A DNA stretch of 53,313 nucleotides, counting the filler, from Dirinaria sp. TL-2023a (Eukaryota), in the NCBI GenBank assembly GCA_051941275.1. It is 4 parts of 4 records of this genome, joined end to end, with 100 filler letters (N's around TTAATTAATTAA, not from the genome) between each part and the next. Parts side by side here need not be neighbours in the genome. Positions count along the whole stretch, not along the records: positions 1 to 13,270 come from JAVEBF010000698.1; 3 more parts are not named here. One strand, 5' to 3'. This document shows, one piece after another, positions 1 through 13,370 of this stretch. The first letter of the stretch is position 1. Each line of letters begins with the position of its first letter. The position numbers and the translations under genes were made by a program. The notes beneath the pieces are model-generated. The model was not told where the DNA came from. It searched no databases and saw nothing but the letters and a program-made list of their open reading frames with translations.

Positions 1-799
1 ACCCCACCTCCCCGCTCCTCTGCTACGGCGCGAAAAATAAAATAATCCCTTTTCTCTTTCAAACGGAAAAGAAAATGCACATCATCGTTTCAGGCCTCCA
101 AAAACCCTTTTTTTCTTTTTCTCCACCAAAAAAAAAAAAAAAAAAAAGAAAGATTCTCTCATCTTCAACGTTTCCCCTCTACGAACTCGCTACTTAATAT
201 CCTATGCGAAGCGAAGCGAAGAAACGTTGTTCTGTCATAGATGATTATCGAGTACTTAACTATAACCGTCGATGAAAGATACGTGCGTGTAGGGGATAAA
301 TGTGTATGAGAGATATGTGTTGAATAGATTGATAGATAGAGAAATATGAGAGAGTGAGAGAGCGTGTGTGTGTACATCGATTCTAAGTCGATGAAATTGA
401 TCGAGTGATGGAGAGAGGTGGTGTGATGCTATTGAATATTTAATTAAAAGTGTGTTGGGAAAGTTTATTTGAAATGGTTTCTTATGTTGCAGCGGCTTTT
501 GAGATTTCTTAATTGTTGGATTTGTTTGGATTTGGATTTTGGGGCGCGAACAAAAAATAGAATATCGATCTTTTCACAGCTTCAGTGGACTTCTTTGCAT
601 CTGAAGACAAATTTTTGCGAAAGATTTCATTTTATTTTCGGTCTGCAACATATTCATTGGACTCGTTTCATCTAACAATCTTGTGTCATTACATAGAAAA
701 CATCGGATTGTTGTGCATTTTGCTCTGAAAAATTTTTTTCTTCTTTTTTTTCCCTCAAATTCCCATCCTCTGCCCCCGTCGTCTGTTGTTTCTCTTTTT
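1..799. other. AT-rich low-complexity contig end, compositionally unlike the flanking fungal DNA (possible chimeric or foreign tail)
   Basis: C-rich first ~20 bp, A20 run at 128-147, GA/GT microsatellite-like tracts and T runs, no credible ORF. It abuts the PKS stop codon at a T run. Confidence 0.5.
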
Positions 800-3700
800 T
801 CATTCTGACTCGGGTTTTACTACGACACATCTACTCTTCCGAGCCACCTTACCCGCCAGACTCGTGATCGACGAACTCTGAGTGACGTCAAAGATAGACG
901 CCTCTGCCTGTGCCGCGCTGGAAACCCAGTTCCTCAGCTCGACCGCAACGAGCGAGTCGACTCCAAGCTGGGACAGCGGGGCCGAAGCCTCGATAGAGTC
1001 CTCCGCGACAGCGAACATGTCCGCTAATTTCTTGATGATGGCGGCGGCCACAAGGGCGACGGCCTCGCTCCAGCTCGGCACCTGTTGCAAGCGAGCCTTC
1101 AAATCGATGGAGCTCGTCTTTGATCGTGCTGCATTCTCGATGAGGCTGTCGTGTCCCGCCGCCGCCGCCGCCTTGAGCGTCGAGAACATCGCGTTGTCCC
1201 GGAAGCTTGCTAAGTCCCAATTCGTCCCCGAGGCACGCGAGACACCGGTGATGACCTGGGAAGCATCGACGTCTTCCCTGTAAGGCGTGACAATGCCACG
1301 CTCGATCAGACGGAGCACTTCCTCCTCTTCCAATTCCGTGACGCCGGCGCGTTTGAGCAGCTCGACCACACCTGGCGTTTCGGAAACGTAGCCGACCGAC
1401 TTAACAGGGCCCAAGTCAAGGGATAGACCGGGTAACCCGTGCGCTGTCCGGTGCCGCGCAAGAGCGTCCTGGAAAGTGTTTCCCGCGGCGTAATTGCACT
1501 GGGCGGAGTTCCCGATGATCCCGCAGACTGAGGACAACATGATGAAGAAGTCCAGACTCAATGAGAGGGATTGTTGATGGAGGTTCCAAGTCCCGAGGAC
1601 CTTGGGGCGGACGGCAGCGTTGTAGTCGTCAAATACCATATTTTCGAAGATTGCATTCTGTAGAACAATAAGGGTCAGGACTCAAAGTGAAGCCATGGCT
1701 AGGTATCGTCGGACTTTACCTGAATTACCATGGCAGATTGGATGATGCCTTTGATAGGGGGCATCTCCGAAGCGCATTCGTTCATTAAGCTCGCAACATC
1801 TGATTCGCAGCAGATATCGCAGTCCTTTGCAATGCCTTTGCAGCCCTTTGCAGCTAGAGATCTTAAGAGGTCAACATTACGAGGCAATTCCGCGGTCCGA
1901 GACGCGAGTATAATATTCCTCGCACCGCGTTCCACAAGGCGATGAGCAATTGATCGACCAATCCCTCCTACACCACCAACGATGAGGTAAGATGCATCAC
2001 TCGACAGACGTGCAGTTCTATGGCTTGTGACCTAACGCAGTCAGTATTATCGTAAGAGGCCATGCGGATCTACTCTACCTTGATTAGATCTCCCTCTCTC
2101 GGAGCAACAACGATCTTGCCAAGATGCTTCCCGGCTTGCATTGAGCGAAGGGCTTTCTCGAGATCGGATATAGAGTATACAGTGATTGGGGCGACGGGTT
2201 GTATAGATCCTTCATTTATCATGCCAAGGATGTTCTTGAGTGCTCGAGCGACCACTTTACCTTTGAACTGCTGTATCTGCAGCAAGTCCACTGCGAAGAA
2301 AGAGATATTTCGTGTGAAAGGGGACATGTCGAGAAGATTGCCGGCTTCTAAGTCCCGTTTCCCGATCTCCACAAACCTGCCAAACCGGGCGACCGATTTC
2401 CAGGTAGCTTGGAGTAGAGGACCGGCCAGCGAGTTCAAAACAACATCGACGCCGTTGCCCTCTGTCATCGCCATCAAATCGGTCCTGAAGGACGTATTTC
2501 TACTGGAGAAGATGTGATCATAAGGAATTCCATAATTGGTATGGATTAGCTCTCTCTTCTCCTTGGAACCGACAGTGACGAAAACCTCAGCACCCAAATT
2601 TTGAGCGAGCATTATTGCCGCTTGGCCAACTCCTCCTGCCGCTGAATGGATCAGGACTTTCTCACCCTTCTCTAAGCAAGCCAGGTCGAAGAGTGAGTGG
2701 TACGCCGTGAGGAATGCCACAGGGATTGATGCTCCAATTTCGTATGTAATGCTGTCGGGCAACGAGATGACACTTGTCCAATGAACGCGGACATGAGTCG
2801 CCCAATGTCCTACCATGGCACAACAGACTCGTGCGCCAACCGCAAGTCTCTCTGGAACACTGGCGCTCAATCGCGTAATGGTTCCACTACATTCGCAACC
2901 CATGATCTCAGTGTCCAGCTGACCCATCGCCACCATGACATCGCGAAAATTGAGACCGAAGGCTTTTGGTTCAATCTCAACCCAACCATCAGGTAGTGGC
3001 AGATCAGCCTGTGGATCATCGTGCCAATAGAGGCTATCCATCATTCCAGGTATTTTAATATCCATACGTAGCGCCCGACCTGGCTGATGAAATGGCTCAA
3101 GTGCAGCTCCAAAAGCCAACGCTTCCGTGGTCATGTACTGCGTTTCGAACGGAGCCTCATACAATCTCGGAACCTGGATCGTCTCGCCGGATATTCTAAA
3201 CTCTGAATCCATACAGCTTCTGTCTTGCGGATAGTCGAAAGCGGTGGCGTATATCTTCAGCATCGCATTGACTGCGTTGGTTGTCCAAGGGTCGTCGTCG
3301 GTATTATCTAAAGAGATGTAGCGTTTTGTGGTATCCTCAGCTCTCAGTGTTCGGAGGAAACCAGTGCTCAAAGCAGCCTTCGGGATTTGGCAATGATCAC
3401 TTGCTTGAGAAGTAATCCAGAGGACACCTCGAGAGCCGAGAAGACACGTTTTAAGCGAATTGAATTGGGATGAAGTTGGTCGAACGAGAATAGACTGTTT
3501 GGGATCATCAAGGAAGATGAAGATTTTGGCGTGCACATCAACGGACTCCAATGGTTTCACGTCCGGCGTCAAGCCTACGACACTTCGAAAAGAATTCTTT
3601 AATCCATCGAGCCATGCTGCTGGAGGCGCCAAATGGTTACTGTAACCGATCGCCACAGATAGCGGAATGTCCGGTACGTTTCGAGGCTTCGCAGTAGACA

Positions 3701-6700
3701 TCATGACGCTCATTACATAGTTGGGGTCCTCACAATCCTGTACCGCTAAGTCCAAGCCACTGAAGCCTGTGCTTTGCAGGATCTCCTTCCACATATTGAC
3801 AGTCAACGAAGGGCTGTTTTTGCGCTCCTGCTCCTCGCCTGAAATATGTTAGCGGAGCCGTCAAGGCCATTTGCTGAACATACCTTTCCACCATCCGGGC
3901 AGAGTGCCAAAAACCAGCTGAATGTCCAGGACATCATTTGTTGTCTCGACGAGGATCAACTTCCCACCAGGCTTAAGCAGCTTTCTAACATGCGTCATGC
4001 TAGCTTTCATGGAGTGGGTGGCATGCAAGACTTGGCAGGCAATGATTAGGTCATAAGAATTCTCTTTGAAACCCTGTGCGCAAGGTTCGTGCTCGATATC
4101 AAGTGTCTTGTAAGATATCCGGTCACCCCAGGCCGCGAACCTTTCACGAGCCTGCTCGAAGAAACCAGCCGAGACGTCGGTAAAGTCATAGTGGAAAAAT
4201 TGCGGACTAGCACCAGAATCCCCTCCTAAGCTATCCAGAACACACTTTGTACATCCTCCTGTGCCTCCTCCAATCTCTAGGATGCTGGCTCGGGGCTTTT
4301 TATGCTTGAAGAGCTGTATCAATTGTATTACCTGGGCATAGCATCGATCTAGCCGCAGAGGTGCTTTGTAATAGTCGTAGAGAAGTTGCCCTTCAAGCAT
4401 AAGCTCCAAAGGCGCAACTTGCTGTCTCAAAATTTGAACAAGCTGTTTTCCAACCCGTACGACCAACTGACCGTCGACAGTACCACTGACCTCTTCCACG
4501 AGCGATGCGAGCTCGTGTTTGCTTGGCCGCCTCCACGTCGAATGCTTCAGTATATGCTCTTCCTGAAGTCTCATCCATTCGTAATAGCTTTTGTGATACC
4601 AGGATAAGTTTCCCACGTCAGTTGCTGTAAGAGATTCAAGGGTGTCGGAAATGAAGCAAAGAACTACACGCCTTAGATTTTCTTCAACGGCCCTAGATGA
4701 GGAATCGACAGGGAGTTTGAGTATGTCATGTAAGTTTCCTGGGTTCATTAAGTCCAGGTCGTGATTCCAACTCATCGTCAAGCATTCATTGGTCTTGTCA
4801 GCGTTTCTTGTTGAGCCTGTCATCCCCAGTGCTTGGCAAAAGAGGCCATCGATCTTCAATTTCGGCATAGCCTGAGTTCTGTCATCACAGAAAGCGATGA
4901 TGGAACCTTCGAAGCCTTGGAGGTTATGGCGACTGAGTTTCGCGTATGACTTTATGACATGGCCTGGATCATGGGAGATTTGGCTGGATACAAAGAGGAA
5001 TTTAATGTATCTGGGCATCGTTGCACTTTGTTCGCAGGAGCCTATTCCAGGCAAACTCGCATACACGCCTTGGAGGACTGAGTCCAGAGTTGTAGGATGA
5101 ATAACGTGACCGCACTCATGTTGTCCAGGCATGAGGGTGGCGGTATCCGCGATTGAGAATGTTGCAACGCAGCGGTTGGGCCCCGCAGCCAGTGTATTCA
5201 GGTTTCTGAATGCTGGACCGTGTATAATTCCCTGAGCCTGGAAGGCTTTGAATAGTTTGCTGGGGCTGATGAACATTGGGTAAGCTGCAGCTTCGAGCTC
5301 GAAATCGCTCGGTACGAATAACGGAGATTCGCTAGTGAGCTCATTGCAGGTAGTCTTATCGTCCTCCGTTGTTTTTAGTACACGAATCAGACCCTTGCAA
5401 TGCTTCACCCAAACACCCTTTTCAACAGTGGACCCGATCAGAAACTCGTTCCAGTCTCTTTCGAGCATCTTATCGCTGCACGGTCGGAGTGAGAGTTGCA
5501 CTTCCACACCCTGCGATGTATCTGGAATAATAAGAGCATTGCTGATGTCAACGTCGTGAATTTCGTAACCCAGTATCTGGATCCCATCTGCCTCGGTGAT
5601 TTGACGTATTGCTTCAATAGCCATTACCATCAGCCCTGCTCCAGGGTAGACAATGCCGCCCTGAACCACATGGTCATAGATCCATGGCACGTCCGAGGGC
5701 CGAATAATATTTCTCCATGTTGGAGTAAAGCTGCTTGTGCCTGCCATCAAAGACCCCAGTAGCTCATGCTGAGGGTGCTTTTTGAAACGATGAGATCGAT
5801 TCAGCTGAGACTCAAACCAGTAGCTTGTTTGATGGTTCCACGGGTAAGTTGGTAGATCATGAAGTACTTTGGGGCGAAGAGGAGTAGGCAAGTTGACAGC
5901 GCTGAGTTCAACAGGGTAGCCCTGACCGAGCAATGAGCAGACTAAATCTAGCATGGTGTCTACAGCGTCCTTGGCTCTTGACAAACACGATCCATAAGCA
6001 ATGTTTCTGCCCTTCAAGTCAGGCTGTGATAGTGTCTGACGAATCGGTCCTGCCAAAGCACTATGAGGACCGATTTCGATGATCATATCAATCTCTTGTC
6101 CTTTAGCGACTGTTTCAGTTAGCTGAGGAAGGCAGATTGCACGAAGAGCATCGTGAAATTCCACAATCCCAAGCATATTGTTTACCCAATGTCTTGGTGT
6201 CAACTGTGAACCGTTTGGCATTCGTTTTCCAGTCACAGGGCTAGCGTAAACGACACTGCCGATTTGACCTTCATATTTCGTGGTTTTGCGTAGCGCGGCT
6301 AGGTACTCTCCCTCGAGGGCATTCATGTGGTGTGAATGGTAAGCCACAGAGATTTTGAGCTTGCGGGCGAATATTTTCTGGCCGGCAAGATTCTGCTCAA
6401 GCTCCTCAATCGCTTTGATATCTCCAGAGACAGTTACGCTAGACGGGCTATTAACAGCAGCTATTCCAACTTTGCCCAGTGTGAGCTGCGAGATAGCCTG
6501 TTGAGAGTCTTCTCTGCCGAGGCCAATAGCGATCATACCACCACGAGCTTCTTCAGCTCTTGCTTCTTGCAACCGTTTGAGGTAAGGTCCTCTTGCAAAC
6601 ACAATTGCCATGGCGTCGTGGCAATCTATCGCTTTTGCGGCAAAAGCAGCAGCGACCTCTCCGCTTGAATGACTTGTGATGGCTGTCGGCCTGATGCCCC

Positions 6701-9085
6701 AGGAGGCTAAGAGCCGTACTATGCTAATCTGGACGGCAGTGCAGAGAGGTAGACTTATGGCGGTGTCATTCACACGAGAAGATTTCTCGTCTTTTGTGAG
6801 TTCCTCTGTTCTCATCAGAAACATCAACAAACATAATATGCTCATACTGATTACCTATTAGAGACCATGAAGCACCGAGCTCCTTTAGATGTTGATCGCA
6901 CTCATGGAGGGAGTCTTGAAATACGGGGTAAGCTTTTATTAGCTCTCTTCCCATGCCATACCACTGAGCACCCTGTCCAGTAAAGACAAAACCAAGCCGC
7001 GGGCGCTCAGAAGCTCTGGCCGGCTTTAGATTATGGTCCTCGAGCTGCTTCTTCAAGTCCCTTGTTGATCGCGCTGCAATAGTAAGCGACCATGGAAATC
7101 GGGATCGGCGTTCACTAAGGGTGTATGCTAAGCTGTCTAGCAAGCCATTTTCATCATTGCTTTTTGATAAGGCCAGATACTTTCCCAATTTTGCTGCCAT
7201 AGAGCGAGCTGAACCATCATCTTTCGCGCTTAGAAGAAATAGTCGTTTTCTCCCGCCAATGCCAATGCTTGATCCCTGAGTGTCGGAGGCGCTGTCAGAC
7301 GCGCTCTCATACGCACTGTCAACTACGGCCTCCATTTTTCCACCAATGGTGGTGCTGTTCAAGTCTTTCAATGTAAGTAAGTCGACGATTTCACCATTCA
7401 TGGCACTCGCATTTCTATCAGCGAGGCTTAATACTTCGATTTGTCTGCTTGCTGAACTCTTCCAAGATTCTAAACTTTCCATGATAACATGCGCGTTGGC
7501 GCCGCCGTAGCCAAAGTTGCTGATGGATGCTCGTCTAAAAGTATTGGCGGGCCACTGCTCTAAGCGTTGGGGAACCTGCCGCAGGTCAGTCTTCCACGGC
7601 CTTCAAAAAGTTTGAGGAATAGTCACTTTTAGTTTCAATTTCTCGAGATCAATATCAGGGTTTGGCTTGTCGTAGTTGATACTCGAGGGGATCAGATCAT
7701 TCTCGAGTGCCATGGCTACCTTGAGTATAGAGGCGAGTCCACTGACAGATTCCATATGACCCACGTTGGTCTTCACCGAGCCAATGAAAAGCGGTTTGTC
7801 AACAGGACGACCTTCACTAAAGACGTTGCCAATTGCCGCGGCTTCGACCGGATCTCCTGTGGCTGTGCCCGTGCCGTGAGCTTCCACGTACATTGTATCG
7901 GCAGGTGAAAGTCCCACGCTTCTGTAGCAAGCTCTTATTAGATCTTCCTGAGCGCCTTGGCTAGGCGATGTGATAGTCTGCGTCCAGCCGTCCTGATTGA
8001 GTGCAGTTCTCCTGATCACAGCTCGTACTGGGTCGCCATCCTCTAGAGCCTGCTGTAAGGGCTTGAGAATGATGGTCGAAACACCCTCACCGCGCCCATA
8101 GCCAGCTGCTCGGCTGTCGAAGGAGTACGATCGACCATCCGGACTAAGGATACTGTAGGAACGATTAGAACAATATAGAAAGAACGATGCAGCATCCTAC
8201 CCTAAATTTGAAAAAAGTATGTGGATGTCAGGATTGATGATGAGATTGGCTCCGCCAATGATTGAAATGTCAGACTCGCGGGTGCGAAGGCTCTGGCATG
8301 CTTGATGCAGCGCTGTTAACCCCGTGGAACATCCAGTGTCAATAGTCATGCTGGGACCTCGGAGGTCGAAGAAGTGTGAAATTCGATTGGACATCATGGT
8401 GCCACCGTTACCTGTCATAACATAGTGAGGAAAAGCCTGGGGATCTCTTATGATATTGTCCATGTAGTCCCGAAAAAGGCCAGCTGCAAAGACCGATGTC
8501 TTCGTCCCCGCAACTTTTTCCAAGGGAATACCAGCTGCAACAGTCAGGATATGATAGAATAGACAAGCATTTCCAATCGTTAACGCACCGTTCTCAAGAG
8601 CCTCAAAGACAGACTCGAGCAAAATGCGCAATTGCGGATCCATTGTCTACAAGGATGTGAGAGCAAATATAGAGTGTCACGACAGTGTCTTACAGATGCC
8701 ATTTCCACAGTCATGTTGAAGAAGCCAGCGTCGAATTGGCCCAAGTCCTGCTCCAAAAAGTGTCCGCCTTTGACATGTGTCTTGATGGCTTGTCAGCAGA
8801 TGGCAATTGAGCGCACAGCACAACTATACTCACCGTCGTACTCTTTTCACTGGTAGGATGGTAGAATGCATCCTTGTTGAACCTGCTTTCAGGGATCTCT
8901 GACCAAGCGGAGCGTCCGTTGGAGAGCAGATCCCAGAACATCTCTGGACTACTAGCATCCCCCGGAAACCTACAACTCATTCCAACAATAGCAATCGGCA
9001 TTTCTGCAGCCGGCGAAACATCCAACAGACCCTCTGATCCGGCCATTTGATTATAGAATGGTGAGACCCTGGCATCGTCGTGCAT
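800..9085 (-). CDS. Highly reducing iterative type I polyketide synthase (KS-AT-DH-cMT-ER-KR-ACP), LovF/MlcB-like, ~2609 aa, 10 exons
   Basis: Exons 9085-8834, 8780-8694, 8646-8589, 8534-8201, 8152-7627, 7575-6855, 6805-3884, 3838-2079, 2031-1720, 1657-800; all GT-AG and phase-consistent (7830 nt). Motifs: [65 protein letters not shown]; c[47 protein letters not shown]. The start could be the downstream Met (MAGSEG). Confidence 0.96.
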
Positions 9086-10123
9086 TGCATGAGGTTGTGG
9101 GCTATTAGATGGTGTTGTTGTAGGTGCTGAATAGTTTGGAGGAATTGAAAGCCTCGAACACTGTAAATGGGTAAGATAGATGATAAAACCATCGCGAAAG
9201 GCTGTGGGACAGCCATATCAACAGCTTCGAAGTCCAGCCAGACGTTCAAGAAGTGTAACGTTTGGCCCAAACCGACGGCACAAACGCGACAGGGTACAGA
9301 CGTACTGAAAGCCCAAACACAGCTTAAGAACTGCCTTTGATTACATGAACTATATACCACCTGGTACAGCAACGAAACACGCCAGAAGATATTCGCGCTA
9401 GACGATGGTCTTCAAGCACTTTAGCCTGTGAGACTCTCAGACTACATGACAAGCCATCAGAAGGTTTTAACTTGAGACTAGATCGGCAGCGCCTCTGCAA
9501 TTAAAGAGACCCTGGCGGACCAAGTGATTACTGAAGCTGCGCTTTAGAAGGGCTGCGGGTCCTCCGTATGCATGAAGGATTATCAGACCTTCCATGTCCG
9601 GGCCAAGAATAGCATACGTAGTGGCCAATTGATGGCTTGGAACGTGCATAGAATCTCGATGGAAATTCGTGAAGAGTGGTATGTATGCGCGATCGATTTG
9701 CACGAGCGATATTAGGAAGGTGACTTCTTGGCTAAGGCGTTTTCTCCAAGCGGATGATTAATCTTATATGTAGGTGCAGGATTTTAGTTCACAACCTAGT
9801 CATCGCCATCATGCGTTTCTCATCAAGATTTTGCCTGGTTTTTATCGCTGGACGAGTTTGCTTATCAACCACGTCTTCTGTGGCAAGCGTCAGTCTTGCC
9901 GTCCTTGTCTCTCTTTACGCGCGTAGTCTGAGTGTATGGGCGTGGTAGACATAGCATCTGCAGTGATGTAGAAAGGCTAAGGTATGGGTGTGCATGGTGC
10001 CGCGTGGTGGAGCTTTTAGCGTTCTGAAAATCTTTGCGATATCTCATGATCACTTCTGCAATGCCGTCAATAATACAGTAAAACCATTTCAATAAGTATA
10101 TGTATGCAAGTTGCGAGGTTATC

Positions 10124-10154
10124 AGCGAGAGTTGAATGAGCGAGAGTTGAATGA
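10124..10154. repeat. Short tandem duplication (AGCGAGAGTTGAATG x2)
   Basis: Direct 15-bp repeat read from the sequence in the P450-PKS intergenic region. A similar 14-bp duplication (CTGCAAGGTGGCTT x2) lies at 10805-10832. Confidence 0.7.
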
Positions 10155-10369
10155 CTTCATGTGAAGCAACATTGATGAAGTTCGGTTTACGGGTTAGTAG
10201 CTGTTAACAGAGCGAGTATGGTGGGTTTGGATCTTTTAACCGTATTTACCTTCAGTGAAGCGAGCACTCCGTACGTGAGAAGCTTCAGAGTCGCATATAC
10301 TTGGTATGAAAAATTCTACGATATTCATATTGTCAACATGTCACGACGTCTTGGGAAACACTAACCGCA

Positions 10370-10457
10370 TCCGTCACGGACTGCTCGGTTCGACTCCGTC
10401 CGGCCGAGGGCTGACGGAATAGGGGCAGATCCCAAGTCTTCATTCCTTCGACGGAAA
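10370..10457. promoter_or_regulatory. Cluster of TCCGTC/GACGGA inverted half-sites upstream of the PKS; candidate Zn(II)2Cys6 binding sites
   Basis: TCCGT-C-ACGGA at 10370-10380, TCCGTC-N12-GACGGA at 10395-10418, and GACGGA at 10450-10455. CGG triplets are the usual Zn cluster recognition element; function is inferred only. Confidence 0.3.
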
Positions 10458-10835
10458 GTTTAGTTGACGAAGACCTTCCAGAATATTGATCTTGGAGTCA
10501 GGGAGCGCTGCGGATCTTCATCGCGCAAGAAATTCATTCGTTTCTCACAAGAGCGAAGAAGGCCAATGAGATCCAGAAATCAAGGACTCATGCATGAACA
10601 ACGCACGCCTTACGTGCGTTGAAAATCGATCACGCTGTACCACGATAACATTTCCCCACCATTGTGCTTGCCATTTGATTTCGCTAGATTGACGCGGCAC
10701 CGGTTTCTGCTTTAGGAATGGGCTGTGCTAGTGAGTGTAATATTCTCTGTTCAATATCTCTAGTGCTGGCTACGTGATAATGGATACTGAGTATCATACA
10801 CGCTCTGCAAGGTGGCTTCTGCAAGGTGGCTTCAA

Positions 10836-12502
10836 CTACCACCCATCTAGGGCCTCAATGCGAACCGTCAAGTCCTCCTGCGGCTTAGCTAGCACATCGA
10901 AAATCATTGGCAAAGGGTTTTCGTGATCAACCGGCTTGATGTTGAAGCAGCCAATTAGCCCCACCAAGATGGTCTCTAGCTCTTTCCTCGCGAACAGCAT
11001 CCCAATGCAGTTCCGCGGTCCCTGCCCGAAGCTCAGGGTGCTGTGCTTCGCTTTCTTACCTTGTTCCTCAATTTCAAGCCAACGTTCTGGTCGGAACTCA
11101 GCCGCGTCAGGACCCCAGGCTTTTTCGCATCTCTGCAGGGACCAAAGACTCATAGCGAGGACTGATCTTGCGGGAATGACCTGCCCACCAAGATTTGTCT
11201 CCACCACTGTCTCGCGCTGGAGCACGGGTACGAGCGGAATCACTCGCAGAGTTTCGTTGAGGCAGGCATTGAGGTAAGGCAACATTTCGAGCTGGCAGGC
11301 ATTGCTCATGTCGTTCGTAGCTGGATTCGGAAGAGAGGTACGTATCTCCGCTCTAAGACGTTGCTGGGAATCCGGATGTTCTGCGAGAAAATAGATTGCC
11401 CATCCCAGAGCGACTGCAGTGGTAGCGTGGCCCGCACCGAGGAAAGTCAACATCTGGTCGGTGAGCTCCTCCTCGGTGAAAGCATTTGCTCTCATCGCAA
11501 CACTAAGGATATCAATTTTCTCGCTGTCCGAGGCGGTATATTCTGCTTTCTTCCTTTCGATGATCGTCCGACATTCGTCACGCATGGCTCTGATAGCACC
11601 TTTGATCTCTCGGACTCGTCTTACGGGAAGGTTGTACAATAGCCAAGTCGGCAGGACTAGCTCCAGTATTTGGGATGACCCTTGACCCATTCTGTAGAAA
11701 ACTCGTAGGTAATCTTGGAATATCGCGGTATCCGGCTTTTGGAGAGTTCTGAAGTCATTTCCAAATGCGGCCACTCCAATGACATCGAATGTGGTCCGGC
11801 ACGCCAAATCACTGACGTTGACTATCGGCGAATGCTCTGGGATTCTGCCGGGCTTTCCAATGTCAGCGGTAATGTCCATCCAGAGCTTTCCAACAAGTAT
11901 GGCTGTTTTGGCCCAGAACAAGGGTGAGAGGCTGTTGATATGACGGTAGGCAAAGGCAGGCATTAAATGCTTCCGCTGAAACTGGAATCCGGACGGCATT
12001 GTTAGTCAGTGTCCTCCTCGCAAAAAGGGGATTAGGTGAGACCTGCCTTCGCGTCTTCTCCTTCTGCCATTACCAGGCCATTTCCCAGAATTGGGCCGAG
12101 TTTCCGTTTTCTCTCCGTTGTCTTTTGCAGTGTGTAGGCCTTCTCGTTCAAGATTTCACTGATGAGCTCTGGACTCGTAACGAGGATACGTCGTTTCCCT
12201 AAGATCCCGGTGTATTGGATGAGCCCTTGGTTGGGCGTATCTTTTATGTACTGGTGTAACTCCGGTGCAGTGGGCTCTGAGAACAGTCTGGACAAGAACC
12301 GACCTTGCGCAGCAGTCTAGGTAGATGTACGCTCAGTCTTGAAACCAACTCTCCGAGAGCTTCTGATCCTTACCTTAGCCCATGGCACGTCTCGAAGGAC
12401 ATTGGATTTTTGGGGACGTATCGCCGCATTCCACACAAACCACACCAGGAGAAGAGAAGCACTGGTGCTTATTATAGCCAGGAGAAAATTCTCAGAGTAC
12501 AT
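10836..12502 (-). CDS. Cytochrome P450 monooxygenase, ~514 aa, 3 exons; probable PKS tailoring enzyme
   Basis: Exons 12502-12374, 12316-12047, 11981-10836. N-terminal TM anchor (FLLAIISTSASLLLVWFVW), I-helix AGHATT, ETLR, PERW, heme motif FGQGPRNCIG. Intron 2 needs a GC donor. Confidence 0.92.
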
Positions 12503-13270
12503 GATGGACTCTGGAGGACAGACCGGTAATCTGTCAAATCTATGGTCTCTCTCTCTCTCTCGAGACAAGATTCCAAGTTGAATGAATCTCAGGTGTTAAG
12601 GTAAGAACCTCATTTCGGAAGGAAGGTGAGGGAAGGTGGGGGATACAGAAATCCATCTTTGCACCTGCCTTCACAGAGCGCACACAAACAAGTGGGGAGA
12701 GAGTTTCTTTGTACAACGCTGGAAAGTCATTCAGATCTTGACAGAGTGTAATGTATCACATGCTTTCACATATCACCCGATCTGCTCTCTCTACCTGTGA
12801 TCACTATACCTACTTACACATTAGGTACTTTGTAGAACCCGAAGACAGGAGGAGTGGATCGTGTAACGCCTCTGCTGGCATGTGAATGAAAAAGAACGAT
12901 CCAATTCCAAAGGAAACACCTTCTGTATCTCTATCTTACGCAATGGCGTGCTATACTTAAGGTAGGTATCTCAAGCTTCACCCTTCGCCCAAGGACCAGA
13001 TACAATACTCATCTCATCGCATGGAGTGCCCATCTATCACTTTGGTTTTGCATGAATGCTCTCACATCGTATCATCTCAGAAAATCTCTCCGCTAACCTT
13101 TATTGTCGGATACAGCATAATAATCACCCACCGACTGGTGGGGCCCTCCTTTTGGTGCAAAATGAAAGATAGTTGCTGTCTGACCTTTATCCTTCATCCC
13201 AAATCAGTAAAGAGTGACAGCACTCGAGCATCCCACAGCAATCCCCCAACCCACATCTAAAAATCCCAAC

Positions 13271-13370
13271 NNNNNNNNNNNNNNNNNNNNNNNNNNNNNN
13301 NNNNNNNNNNNNNNTTAATTAATTAANNNNNNNNNNNNNNNNNNNNNNNNNNNNNNNNNNNNNNNNNNNN
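13271..13370. other. Artificial contig spacer (44 N + TTAATTAATTAA + 44 N)
   Basis: Six-frame stop linker flanked by Ns; identical to the spacers at 26626-26725 and 39970-40069. Confidence 0.98.

Noticed and set aside
13315..13326. TTAATTAATTAA as a biological palindrome or TTAA transposon target
   Set aside because: It is centred in N runs and identical at all three gaps; it is a synthetic six-frame stop linker.
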